NCBI GenBank assembly: GCA_965644295.1
Contig: CBFFRP010000378.1
Span: 451,821-515,820 of the forward strand
Source of the DNA: Paraphysomonas bandaiensis
Lineage: Eukaryota; Protista; Chrysophyceae
DNA length: 64,000 nucleotides
Reading direction: 5' to 3'
Under the pieces are notes generated by a model. That model searched no databases. It saw only the letters and a list, made by a program, of their open reading frames with translations, and was not told the origin of the DNA. A program made the position numbers and the translations under genes. Shown piece after piece: positions 37,840 through 51,012 of the stretch; position 1 is the stretch's first letter; every line of letters begins with the position of its first letter.

Positions 37840-38260
37840 TTAACTCTGATATCGTACTACTAAACGCTACGAAAGCTACAAACTTGTGCGTCATCACTTT
37901 CTCTCTAACACTCAAAACAAACGCAGTGAGCAAGCAGAATGTTGATATACCTCTCAACTGCTGACTTCAGGACTTTTGAGTCCTTAAGGTGAACAGCCCG
38001 GATGCTGGGCTTTAGCAGGCAGATCAATACACCGGATGCCCTTGAGATGGGCCCATTCCCGGATGCCTGTGTATTCGTCAGGAGCCCAAAGACGTCTACA
38101 CAAGTAGTGACACTAAAATTACTGTCGCTTGTACTACACAAACATTCGACCATGAGTGGGCAGATCTGTATCTGCTGATTATATATTATGGCTCACGTTA
38201 GTTCTCGGAGAAATTTCTCCGGTAGTTTTATCCCCCGGAACACCACGCTAAGAGATGAGA
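37840..38260 (-). mobile_element. Second, diverged SINE-like copy
   Basis: Shares CTTAAGGTGAACA.CCCGGATGC, GGATGCCCTTGAG.TGGGCCCATTCC, ATGAGTGGGCAGATCT and the GGAGAAAT.TCTCCGGTA hairpin with 37260-37540. Confidence 0.55.
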
Positions 38261-39650
38261 GTCCGACTTTATTGACGGTAATATATTGTTATTAGGGTTC
38301 TATAGTTCTATATAAGTTCTATTATTTTAATCACGGGCTATATAAGAAGGAGGCTATATATCAACCCGCGCTTCAGTTGAAGGATGGAATATAACTTGGA
38401 GTGTTTGATGATCAGCTTTAGATAGTTGGCTCATCCTTGTGGTTTCTCTACAAAAAGTGTACCATAATGAATTCCCATACAAATGACTGTCAATATCATA
38501 ATTGAGATAGAAGAGAGCTTCTGTTGAACCGAATGTTGAAGTTGAATGTCTCTATGTGCCCGGTGCTGAGTGCTGATATGAGCGCTCTGTTGAGCCCAAT
38601 TCAGGTTTACAAAAGCTTTTTTGAGACAAATGGGGGATAACAATATGTTGATATATTTTCGGCGCTAAAAAGAAAACATTAGCTGGATCAAGGTTACCAC
38701 AGATTGATGACAACTCAATAACAATGCAGCAGCTAGTACTCTACGTATTCGAACTCTTCGTCCTCATTCTCGTCATAATCGGACGGTCTATATATTACTT
38801 CAATCCAATATATTTTTACCTGGCCTTGGTCATTATATGAGGAGAAGGAACGTAAGATTGAGATGGAGGACTCTCCTAGAACTTATCTTGTTGGTAGAGT
38901 CGTAAGAGTAATGTTAGAAGGATATGATCCTTCTACCCCTAGTGACACAGTTCATAAAAATTAAATCAGGGCTGTGGGTACACGGGTACACTATGTGGAT
39001 TATGGACTAGATGACTAGATGAGCCAGGGTTGAATACCCTTGTATCACACTTTTTGTGGCCACTTCAACTACTGATTTACTATTACTACAGGTGATACCT
39101 TTCAACATTATATAATTATCACTCATGATCCTGACTATTAGACATTATGTGTAAAGTATGTCAATTTATTGAAGTTGTATGAGCGATGCAACCGGTCAAC
39201 TAAATACGTGGGTAAACGACGAGTTGAATATATATATGATGAATCATAGGCTCCTAATCCGTTTATGCTTGTCTTTAAACTATCTTGATATGTCTTAGTC
39301 GTATATTTATCCTGTATAGAGTGTATATATCGAGGATATTTAGGAACTCTTCTAAGCAAGAAGTTATCTGAAAGGCAGAGTAGTAGAGTAAAACGAGCGC
39401 TGGGTTCTCCCATTTTCGGCAAACAGACTCACAAATATTGTTGCACTATACCGTATGAATAAAACATTGTTATGGGGATAACTAATGAAAGATGGAATGT
39501 TTACTCACAATCAGTGCACGTTATTAACTTGTAGTTATCTGATAACACCGCACCTACTTCAAAATTATTGACCGTAAAGTCAATATAACTAGCAGCTATC
39601 ATACAGCTGCTGTATATTGAGAATTCGTATGCAGAGAGTACTGTATACGT

Positions 39651-39757
39651 CGAGATATGCTCTCCACGTAACAGTAATAGTAAGTGGCGTTATGAATAGA
39701 GAGTACATTCGAGATATACTCTCCACGTAACAGTAATAGTAAGTGGCGTTATGAATA
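39651..39757. repeat. Tandem duplication of ~48 bp
   Basis: CGAGATAT.CTCTCCACGTAACAGTAATAGTAAGTGGCGTTATGAATA occurs twice. Confidence 0.85.
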
Positions 39758-39955
39758 AGTATCATTGCGCTCCTGTAGCAATATGCATCGGCCTTTCTTC
39801 GTACTGCTTGTTTTCATCAAAACATAGAAATCGCGATATACTGAGTAGGACACGGGGAAAATCACCCTTTACATAGTACGAACTGTGTGTGTACAATGAA
39901 CGGTAAGCAGTATCTTGATATCCGGATAACTAGATATGGGATATACAGAGCAGTA

Positions 39956-40353
39956 CAGGCAGCTCGCGATATAACGCGATAGGTGTCCGCGAAAGGAAAT
40001 CGCGATATAGGTTTTTAGGGAAAACGTAGCGGTGACCAGTGACGCATCGTTCCTTATTCGGCACCATTATTTCTACACCACAATCCAAAATTCTTTCCAC
40101 TAGAAGCCTTCCATTTCTCACATAGCTCTGATTGCTCTTTAACGGTTCGTGACTTCCTGCTTTCTGGCTCACGACGCTTCATTGATCATTCAATTCTTCT
40201 TATAACACCACCTGCTAACATACGACTATAGTGATACAAGATCCTATCAGTGACGGAATACCACTGCGACTACACAAAAACCCGGGTTTTATAGTATAGA
40301 GAATGTGGTGGGTGAAAGAAATACAGGAAGCGCGTTATATCGCGAGTGACCTA
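39956..40353. mobile_element. Tc1/mariner-pogo-type MITE upstream of the P450 gene
   Basis: TA|CAGGCAGCTCGCGATATAACGCG ... CGCGTTATATCGCGAGTGACCTA; 16-bp perfect core inverted repeat. Confidence 0.65.
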
Positions 40354-40550
40354 TGGCCTGCCGTATACCCATGTATAACCTGTATTCAGTTGGATGGTGT
40401 ATATGGTATGTGACGTCGATGAGAGAGCGATACTTGTCATAGCTACATTCGCTTGCTTGTATTGGTATAGCGGTGTAGTAATTTGCTATATATATACATA
40501 TATCACATATATCAACCTCACCGCCCACCTTATTGAGATTATTTATACTT

Positions 40551-42347
40551 ATGGTTGCTGTAACCCTTATCGTATCATGCGCAGCGTTTGCTGCCATGGG
40601 CTACGCTATCATTGTGTTTGTTATCAAGGCCTGGACGTTGAGAAAATTCCGCGGCCCACATGCGTTACCAATCGTCGGCTGCTGTTATAACCCCAAGGCA
40701 TTTTCTTTATTCCGATACATGGCAACTCTCAGGAAAGAATTCGGGAAAATATTCGTGATGTTTTTGTTTCACAAGGCCTATCTGGTCACCCTGGAGCCAA
40801 CTATTGTCCGCAGAGTTCTCTCCGATACCAAGGCCTTTGTTAAGGGGGTAGACTACAGTGAACAATTCAGTTTGGTTTTTGGTGATGGTCTTGTTACCTC
40901 GAGAAACGACAAGCACAAGGCAGATCGTGCCATATTTGGTAAATATTTTATTCGTGGAAACATTGCCAAGTACATGCCGTCTGTGTGTGAGATTTCCAAC
41001 GAAGCGATTGACCAACTTATCGACGGGGAAATGGGGTCAGCAAAGAGTTTGACGTTGGATATTGAGTTCTTCTTTGCCAGGCTTGCTCTGCGTGAGTTCA
41101 TGAACTTCGCTGCGGGCACCACTTATCGGAACGACCTTCCCCGCGAGAAAGAGGTATTCATGATGTTGAGTTGTATGTTTGCGACTTGTGGTTTACTTTA
41201 GTGTGCCAGATCTGCAAGATTGTGTCTGACGGTAGCTGTGCGATGGGAAATATTATTATGTTTAGCATTCCACAGTATGATTTCATGCCATATGTTAAGA
41301 CTGCAAGATCTGTTCGCACAGAGGTAGGAACTTTGTCGTCGCCGTCACATTATTTAAATGGATGTAGACACATTGGCAGCGAGTGTGAATCTATGTAGTA
41401 TGTATATAATGATACTTTTGCAGCTGTGGAAGGATTTCGAGCCCATTGTCGAGGAGCGTCGTAAACTAATGCAGTCAGGACAGGCATACCCTGACGACTG
41501 CATTACCGCCATGATCGAGGCCAATATGAGCGAGATAGATATTATTGACCACACAGTCACAATGATATCAGCTGGGCACGATACCACTGCATACTTTTCT
41601 GCATATGTATGCCTTCTTCTCGCGGAGCACCAAGATGTACAGGAAAAACTTCGCAACGAGATATTCGAGCAGCTCGGTGAGTACCTGCACTCTCCTGTTG
41701 CCATAATAACGAATTAGATGTGTCTGTATTAATGCTGACTTTTGTAGGTGATCGTATCGACATATCTGCTGATGAGATTACTGGACTTAAATACTTACAC
41801 CAGGTACGCTACATTATTTTCATCTGGGGTGTCTCATTTTATAATTAATGCTTCCAATAGGTGTTGCAAGAGTGCCTCCGACTATATGCAATTATACCAT
41901 GCGTTACTCGATATGCTACAACGGATGTCACTATCAAGGATGCCGGAGTGGATGGGGCTGATGTGACTATCCCTAAGGGAACCGATGTGATGATTCCTAT
42001 GTACCTCCTCAACCGGGACCCAAGCATTTGGACTAATCCTTCCAAGTTTGACCCTGATCGGTACGTTAGATATATATTTTTGTATGTTATTTTCATTTTC
42101 TTTCTTCGGATGCAGCTTTGAGGGTAAAGGAGATTACACCAATGCTCGGGCCGGATTCTTTCCATTCGGTTACGGGTCTCGTACTTGCATCGGCAACACA
42201 CTGGCGCAATTGGAAGCCTCAGTTTTCATGTGTCACCTCCTGCGCCGATTCCGTTTCCGCCCAGAGCCTGGATTTAAAATCAACATTAATGCAGGGATTT
42301 CTCTCACTACCTCCAATGGAGTGCGTGTTGTGCTGGAGCGTGTGTAA
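40551..42347 (+). CDS. Cytochrome P450, multi-exon
   Basis: N-terminal TM anchor + GPHALPIVG, I-helix ISAGHDTT, ExxR (ECLR), FDPDR, heme motif FFPFGYGSRTCIG. Confidence 0.95.
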
Positions 42348-44454
42348 ACCTAGCCAACTACTCCTTTGGAAGTGCGATCTAAAGTTCTTATGTCACTCAT
42401 ATCACTCTTTTACATATATTATCCACTTGAGCGATCGTATGGATGTGAATTATGACTAGACTTTTCATGTTTATTCTGCAATCATACGATATGTTCGGTG
42501 TATTTTTCTCATATGCTCATGGAAAGAAACGGCGCATGCTTATCTGCGTTCACACTAGTATGTATCATGATGGCACCACAGAAAGTAAAATTTCGAAATT
42601 AGTGAATAAGTAGGAAACATGTTGGTTTAGTACTGTACTTTGTTTGACTTGAGTACGGAATTCATAGACCTTAACGATAATGAGATGCCTAATCTTCTTT
42701 ATAACTGTCAGTTGAAGAATTACAACTGTAGGACATGAATTAATGATATGATGTAAATTGTAAAATACAGATAAACTTTGACTGTATAAGATCATGTCTA
42801 TCTAAGATATGATAGTGTTGATTGGTAAGAGGTAAGAGAGATTATACATTCGGTGACGACAATGAGTGATAAGATATAGAATTAACGATATAGGATAAGG
42901 TGATTATAATTTTATTTTACTAATTGAGTGAGTAATTGGCTTTTTTTCGATATGTCTATCCATGCACGACTGAATGCAACATATTGAAATATCTATTCCT
43001 CAAATGGTTAGAAGAAGTTTTCCAACTTTGGGTATAGGTAGCTATAGTAGTGTATAATAGTAACTACTACCAGTCATACTAAATGTTTCTCTTTTATATC
43101 TATATTTAACCTGTGCTATTGATTTCATCATTACATTAAATAGGAAGGACAAGTGGAGTAGGAAAGACAAATGAAAATTTTATAAAAACTAATCAACACA
43201 CGTTACCGGATGTTGATGGCTCAGTGGACAGGCATGGATAAAAACACGACTATCTAACTTGTAGATAATATTCGTGGGTTGGTGATCATGTGGTCTAATT
43301 ACTAGACCTAAGAATGCCAGTGGTATAGACGCATGTATTTAACTGCGGATAGATTATATTACTATACTACAATAGTATTACGGTTAGAAAAGTATTACAA
43401 AAGTATTGTTCCTTTGTACTGATTTCTCAGTCATCTCGGCAAGCTTATCGCGGAACACAACATGCGTCATCACATCTTACCCTCTTGACAGCCAGTTAAT
43501 CGTATCCAACAATAAATAGATATGCAGTGTAAGTCAGGCATAACGAACAACATGTTGTAATTATAATAATTGAGCCTGATTTGTGGTTCCATCAACACTA
43601 TTGACACCATTGACACCTCGTTTACTTGCGATACTATTGCAATGTATTAAAATTAATCGTTACTACGGTACTAAACAATGAGACATCAAGAGACTGTGTT
43701 TCATCTGTAAAAATAAAGACTAAATATACCATTGCTATATATTGTTCCCTAGTCATTGTATATATATAATTCGAATAAGGGTCATGTCGTACACCTTGTT
43801 TCGTTCCTCACGGTCCAACATCCAACATGCAACGTGTAATTTGTACATGTAATGATGGTAAAGTAAAAACTTTTCAATCAATGAACCTGTCAGCGTGATA
43901 ACTTTTGCTTTCGAAAATCCTCATAATCAACAAGCGCCATACATGTGTCTGTGATGGTTCAGTCGTGCATTGATAGACTTATCGAAAAAAAGTCACTTAC
44001 TCAGTGAGTGAATAATCAAGCAACTTATACTCTTGAGCGAGTGAGAGGGTCTCACTTTCATGCTATATTGTGGTCCATAACATACTATGAATTGGAAGAC
44101 TAGATATCCAGTAGAGCGATATGGGTGTGTATCATACCCTCCCATAGCCGATATACATCAATATATAGTGATATACAGCAGTATATACAGTGATTCGGCA
44201 GCTGCAAATCATAGACCAAAAACTGGGTTTTGCTGACAAAACTGGAGGTTTGTGCAGAGCTGTAGAACATTCATGCTGACTGTGTTTGGGGGGTGTATGT
44301 GTTCTGTTTTGAGTGTATGAGTATACAGGCAGAGCAGCAGTATACCTGAGTGTGCTGTAAAATTATTAATTATTGATTGTCCCCCACACATATAATCACA
44401 TATATATCGTACAATAAATCGCTTCACCTATCAAATCCTCGTCAATTGCTCAAC

Positions 44455-45217
44455 ATGATCCGCACCCTCTCATCCTCCGTCCGTAGAGCAGGTATTTTTA
44501 TTGTCTGTCGCAGCCGTATTACTTACAATTTTCCTGCTCAGGATTATCTGTGAGAAATATTCACTCCAGTGCTCTCAGTCAGGCATCTGTAAGTTTGCTG
44601 CCTCGCTATTTTATATTATCAATATTTCCCACAGATTTCACCGGCGGATAGAGTCATGCAGACCGAAAATGTCGACAAGTTATTGAACACCACTCGCGAT
44701 GGAGTGGGTATGTAATATTTTTTCTTTAACTACGAGTCTTACAGTTCTGTCTATAGAATTTGTGGTATCAGGCATCGATCAGCTGGTAAACTGGGCCCGA
44801 AAGGATTCTCTCTGGCCAATGACCTTTGGACTAGCTTGCTGCGCCGTTGAGATGATGCACTCCGCCGCTTCCAGGTACGATATGGAGCGATGTGGGATGG
44901 TATTCCGTGCCTCCCCACGTCAATCAGACGTTATGATTGTTGCCGGAACATTGACTAACAAGATGGCCCCGGCTCTCCGGAAGGTGTATGATCAAATGCC
45001 TGAGCCAAGATGGGTTGTGTCCATGGGTAGCTGTGCCAATGGTGGCGGATACTACCACTACTCCTACGCCGTTGTGAGAGGATGTGATCGCATCGTCCCG
45101 GTCGATATTTATGTTCCTGGGTGCCCGCCTACCGCTGAGGGCCTTCTGTATGGAATGATGCAGCTTCAGAAGAAAGTTAAGGCCAACAGATCACTCCTCC
45201 TCAAGCTGCGCAAATAA
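44455..45217 (+). CDS. NDUFS7: NADH:ubiquinone oxidoreductase PSST subunit (mitochondrial complex I) with presequence
   Basis: [12 protein letters not shown] presequence; [74 protein letters not shown]. Confidence 0.97.
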
Positions 45218-45531
45218 GAAAACACCAGTTTTGTTATCTAGTCTGAGCAGCAGGCAATTCCTACATATTTCGTAATAATTTGTGACATTGGTGGCATTGT
45301 AGCAATCTTTTTCCAAATCTTTTATAGTGACTGCGTAACTACTTGCAAACAACAATTCCACACTAACTAGTCACACTTTATTCGTTTATTAAGATAGAAA
45401 TCTCCATATTTCAGCGTACATTACAAATAAACACAGGTACTTAATTTGGCATGCCAATTTATCTCACTGTACTAGAATAAGTTAGAGTGAAGAAAAGAAT
45501 TAAATGCTGCTGAACTATATAGAGTATAGAT

Positions 45532-46249
45532 CAGGGCCTGGTAACCGTTAATAGCTCATTAATAGTAGTCCAGTTCCCGGCAACTAACTTAAAGTAGATA
45601 ATACCGCTCATAATAGATAGTGTGGTGCTCCCTTAATTACTATTTTTTTATTAAATAGAAGACTACGAATTGTAACTACATCAGGGTCTTCTTGCAGGGT
45701 TTCGTGGAGGGTATAAGCATATAAGCATCCCACAAAATGTAATAGGCTCGTAGGAATTGCAACTATTCTGAACGATATAGATTCATGTTTCTACGTTCAA
45801 GTGTGGTTATCAACTTTGCACTACCAAAGAACCTCTCAACAACAATAGATTGTGCTTCAATCTATTTTTATGAAAGTTTTCTAGGTGAAATACACATATT
45901 TTCAATGTTTCTTTTAGAGTTTTTGGGTATAAGAGAACGTTGCTATGCATACCTAGATATTGCTCAGGAAACTATTCTCTAAAATTACAGATCATTCAGA
46001 AGATAGTGAACAAGGTTGCCACAAAGTACCTGCAGAGTTGCATGCACATTATTCTCTAATATTGTTTAGAGTTTTTTCGGAGTATAGAAGAGATACTGTA
46101 TTACCTTAGAAACACTCAGTACTATATATAGCAGTACAGGCCATTAATGGTATGTCATTATAATGGCATTAATGACAAATATCCCTGCAATTATTATGGC
46201 ATTACCATTAATGGCCATTGCCATTACCATTAACGGCTAACAGGCCCTG
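45532..46249. mobile_element. Non-autonomous hAT element (718 bp) with perfect 8-bp TSD
   Basis: GTATAGAT|CAGGGCCTGGTAACCGTTAAT ... ATTAACGGCTAACAGGCCCTG|GTATAGAT. Confidence 0.9.
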
Positions 46250-48018
46250 GTATAGATATGTGGAGCAATCGTAGTCAGTAGTCAGTAGTCAACAAATTTG
46301 CCACTTAAATACTCTTGATTTGTGCTAATCTGATACTAGACTCTATACATTAACTCAAAGTCTCTAGCTAATACATTCGTATATCATATGCTACTCTATA
46401 AGCTACAATTTAACTTATAATATTTATTTTAAATAGATAATGTTTATCACTGCAATTCACTGATTTAAAATCCAACTTGATTTACTGAGAGGTACTATGT
46501 CCCCATTACGACGATGTGATGATAGTGTTGGTACAGTTTCCGAGTAGCACATATATATAAACAAAAGGTACTTAGATTTTGCGACGATTCTTCGCATTGA
46601 CCTATCTTGGCTTTCCTTATCGAACGCGCGAATATTTCTATCACCCCACCAGCGCTAACCTTTACAACTAATACGAGTATATTCTCGTAGCCACGCATGA
46701 CCCATCTATGTATTGTGTTGACATTACAAGGCATTGGCTAAGCCTTCCACTCTCCAAGTACTGTGTGCTAGAGATTTTTGAGTGTCCATCCAATAGTTGA
46801 CCATTACAGCTACTCACAACTTGTACAGTTAATATAAATAATTCATGATACGTCATCAAGCCCATATTATTTTACGTAGGAAGTTCTAATTCAATAGTCT
46901 TAAGAAAACAAAGACAGCAGGATTAACTTCAGTAAAACTCAACACATACTAATACATCATAAATAAAAAGGTTATTACGTTTGCATGAATATGTACACTG
47001 CTGTTGGAGAATCCACTCGAACATCCCCACCAGCTCTCTGTGCAATACACATATAACCCCACTGCACTGCTACAACACACACCTTACACTCCACCTCCTC
47101 GGACAAACTATCTCCACTGCTTTCGTCCATGATACCTTACCATTACCTTTCATCCACACACACCTATGCCTCAGCCTGTACCCCTCAGGCTGTGCAGCCG
47201 TTGACGTACGAGTCTCTCCTCATAATCATGCTCATCTCCTGCACAGATATATCAGAGTACTCGAACTTGGTGACCTTAGTTCTGTTGCGCAGTCCCACAC
47301 CTCTTGTACCGTTACACTTCCTCTGGATACCCTGTTTCTGGATATACCGGAGAACCCTCGTATCCCACTGTTGTCCAACTATCCCCCTTCTTCCATGTGT
47401 TCTCTGCTACTAGCTAATACAGCAAAAGAGCCGACTACGACGCTTCTCCACAGTAGATCAAAACATTCTGCAAGGCCTTCATCCACATACCTCCGAGCCA
47501 CTTGGCACAACGCGCCTTGATAGTCACTTTGTGACCTAATAGTATGATATCTTCGTTCAAAGTTCAAAACCGAGGCTGTTTGAGCAGTACTATTAATTTT
47601 ACGGGAAAATAGTTGCTGAAACAATCGAGATGTACGAACAGTACCGTCAAACCTACAGACCATCGATCACTAGAGGACAAGTGCACCTTATATCAAAGGG
47701 TGGTAAGCTGATATAAAGATGAAAGGAGTCAGTTGCAGATGACGGGTTACCCTTTGGTATAAGCCCTAGTGCTTTAAGTGTTTCTTTTGGCTACTTGATA
47801 TCTAGATATGATACGCGCACTCTTGATTGGGCCGGATTGGGTGTGTATAAGTATTACCAACAAATACTATGAAACTGAAAATCCTTTCAAGATTTCGCCC
47901 AAGTTGTGGATGAGCCTTGCAAATGAGGCTTATTTTTTCTCTTTTCTTCTTCGTTATGGAGGCGATATTAAGGCTTATACTTAAGAAATAGTCATCATCC
48001 AGACTTGAATACTGTGAA

Positions 48019-48442
48019 ATGGCAGAACTCGCATACACAGGTGCAGACAAGGATCAGTTTGCTGTCAGTTTGGCGGCTATTATTTGCGCCGATGGTGGTG
48101 TTGATGTCACAGCTGAGAACATCAATACCCTTTTGGACAAAACTGGAAACTCAGTTGCCCCTTATTGGGCTCCTTTGTTTGCCGGTGTTGTCGAAAAGGC
48201 TGGAGGAATTCAGGAACTTCTTCCTTCTCCTGCCGCTGCTGGTGGAGTTGCAGCCGTCGCTGTTGCTGGTATATACACTTATCGTCAGTTAATCTAAGAC
48301 TTATTAATATTGTGCAGCACCCGCCGCAGATGGTGCAGCAGCTGCTTCTGAGGCACCGAAGGCTGCTGCTCCTGTAGAGGAGGAAGTTGATGCGCTGGAA
48401 GGTGGTATGGATATGTTCGGCGGAGGAGGAGGGGACTATTAA
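48019..48442 (+). CDS. RPLP1: 60S acidic ribosomal protein P1, 2 exons
   Basis: FAVSLAAIICADGGVDVTAENINTLL..VAPYWAPLFA, Ala-rich hinge, acidic tail EEEVDALEGGMDMFGGGGGDY; intron ~48269-48317. Confidence 0.92.
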
Positions 48443-48954
48443 ATAGCTTCGTTATTTACCCTTTCATAATTCTGCTTGCCATTTCACTGTTACATTTGTT
48501 GTAATAGACTTCAGACGTTTGTTATAATGAATTGAGTGTTCACTGGGTCGTTGCAATAAGTGTAAACCTCGTTCTACCGTATTATTTTGTATTTTTCTTC
48601 CACTGAAACTGCACGTTAAAGCACCCGCGTATACTATTAACCCATGTATACCACATTCTTTTATCATTAGTATTACAGTGTGTATTTTTCGTACCATTAC
48701 AATGTTATAGACTTCTGAACATATTTTCCACACCAAACAATGTCTAGTTTACCAAATACATTTCGATATATAGAGCATAGTATATATAATTGATATGATG
48801 TTAGCTGCTGAAGCAAGTTTAAGTAATGGCCCTTAATTCCTATTGCGTAAATAGCAGGGTTAGGGAGCAATATATTGAAGTACTATTGATAGCAATCTCA
48901 CTAACAATAGTAAGAGAGTTTTTAAACCGACCAACAACATTATATTGAATGTCT

Positions 48955-49991
48955 TATTATTTAGCAATAGGCGTTGAAAACCTGCACTAATTAGTGGATA
49001 GAAGAATACTAGACATACTATTTAGACCTCTACCCGTAACTAATCAATACAAACTCTTTAACGCTACAGAAGTTGCTTGTGCGTCGCCGCAAGCACCAAG
49101 GTGCAACCACTTCCGTTCTTTGTTCTTTGTGTGTGTTATAAGGCCCGCCATAATCGTGTGTCCTGGGACTCACCGGCGCGTGTGATCTGGAGGTCTCCCC
49201 TTGGGAAGAGACTCCACTGGGTTAGGAGGGGGCTCCGGGTTTGTATTAAGCCCCTGAGTGTAGCGAGTTCTAAGTGGGTGGGATGTGAGTTGGATAGAGC
49301 AGTGGGATGAGGCGTTGAATGTGTGGGCATTGATGCTGTGCTCTTTTTGGATCTCAGGAGTAGATGGAGTTGCTGGAGACGGCGTCTTTGGGGGGGTCTG
49401 ATGGTGATAAAGTCTGTTGGATTAGATTGGTGGGATTTGTGTGTGAGGCGGGAGGTGGCGCAGTCACGGGTCTTCTGTGGACCTTTAGTAATCGTAGCAC
49501 TCTCGGACGTTTCATGGCTGACTCCGTTTTCGACGCGGTCGCGGGGGTAACCTAGGAAGTCATTTGTGCAGAGTGATGTAACGGCGGCCGCGATCCAGTA
49601 ACATTAGCTTCGCTGCAGCATAAAGCGGTTGAAGTAGATCGATAACCGCTATTTCTAGGTGTCGAAGACTGTGTGCCGTCAGGGAGTTGTGTACATGGTC
49701 TCCAAAGATCGTCTCAAGTTGGGCTGTTGTGATGGTTCCGGTCCAGTATCTCTCCACCTGCGGGATGGAGGGATTCCAGGCCCTTCTGGAAAGTCTCTCT
49801 GTAGCGCATTTGTGACCCAGTGAGGTTGGGTCTGCTCTATTTGTGTTTTGGGGAGAACATTTTTGTGCAGTCTCCCTTATCTGGGTGATGGAATCATGCG
49901 TGCAGTCTAGGCACATATGTTTGAGAGAGTCCTGGCAAAAACCACAGTCAGAGCATGCGGCTTTAGTCTGGTCAATGCAAACCAACAACAC
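48955..49991 (-). mobile_element. 5'-truncated non-LTR retrotransposon (LINE) 3' fragment
   Basis: C-terminal zinc-knuckle CSDCGFCQDSLKHMCLDC (zf-RVT-like), a 3' UTR shared with the SINE-like copies, and an AATAATAA tail. Confidence 0.65.
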
Positions 49992-50316
49992 TTTTGCAAT
50001 ATATTGTGAGCTACTTTAACAAAAACAATATTGATGGAATCTTTGGCCGGTACACCACTCTTCTTCCCTAGTTAGTCCTGGTAAAAATAGGTAAACTAAA
50101 GTATTAAAAGCTGTTTAATGTTTATTCCATAAACTAAACATATATCATAACATTGTAAAGAGGCCAAAGATTGAGTTTGAAAAATTTCTAGGATCTACTC
50201 AGCGGAATTAATCCCTTCATCCACACACCTCCGCTTGGCATGCTGTACGCTGTATACAATGTCCTCTACAAACACATATTTTTTAAAAGAATATATTTTT
50301 TAGGGTATAGAATGGT

Positions 50317-50480
50317 AGCACGTTGGTGCTTGCGGCGACGCACAAGTACTTCTCGTAGCGTTAAATAGTAGGATGTATCAGAGTTAGTATATATGGTAGA
50401 TCCTTATCGAGCTGGACTAGTTTGTTCATCTCGCTACAAATCAGGTTCTGACTCTTGAACGCCTGTTGTTAAATAAACAG
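50317..50480 (+). mobile_element. LINE/SINE 3'-tail fragment in opposite orientation
   Basis: GCACGTTGGTGCTTGCGGCGACGCACAAG...GAACGCCTGTTGTTAAATAAA is the reverse complement of the 48955-49105 tail. Confidence 0.65.
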
Positions 50481-51012
50481 ATATTTAGTACTACTAGATA
50501 TAACTGCTCTATCAGCTTCTCGAATACAAAGTACACTAGTATTAACCTCAACTGGAACACATAATATAATTCAGGTCAAGACAGTATTCAGAACATAATT
50601 CTCATCTGCCTTAACCCCAAGAATATGCTATGAATTCTAGATATCCGGATATCTGTATTATAATATATTGATCCATATCTAGAGCCATGTCCTAAATAAA
50701 ACAACAACTGAAAGTTTATTATTTGATGTACTTTTCCCAAAATCCTGCGTTTCTAAAGCTGTACTAATAGCGCCTGCAGGAGTATAGTCATATTTCTTGG
50801 CTGGAGAGAAAAATGTCCTGCCTGGGCAGTCGACACTACTCCTGACGACGCAATTGGTCGATAGTTCTCATTCTCTTGTGTTGCTGTATACTTTAGCTAC
50901 TTCCTACTATACATATACAAGAACTGCTCTTCCTATAGTGTTTAATGTAGAATCTAGAATTGCCGCATTTCTGCAGTTTAAGAGTACCTCTACTACCGTA
51001 GCTATCGGAGCT

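Noticed and set aside
42460-44400. Possible gene in the 2-kb gap between the P450 and NDUFS7
   Set aside because: AT-rich, with only short ORFs and no consistent exon chain.
46500-47663. Gene or decayed retroelement (ORFs 46981-47520 +, 47379-47663 -)
   Set aside because: Coding-like composition on the minus strand, but multiple stops and no motif I can assign with confidence.
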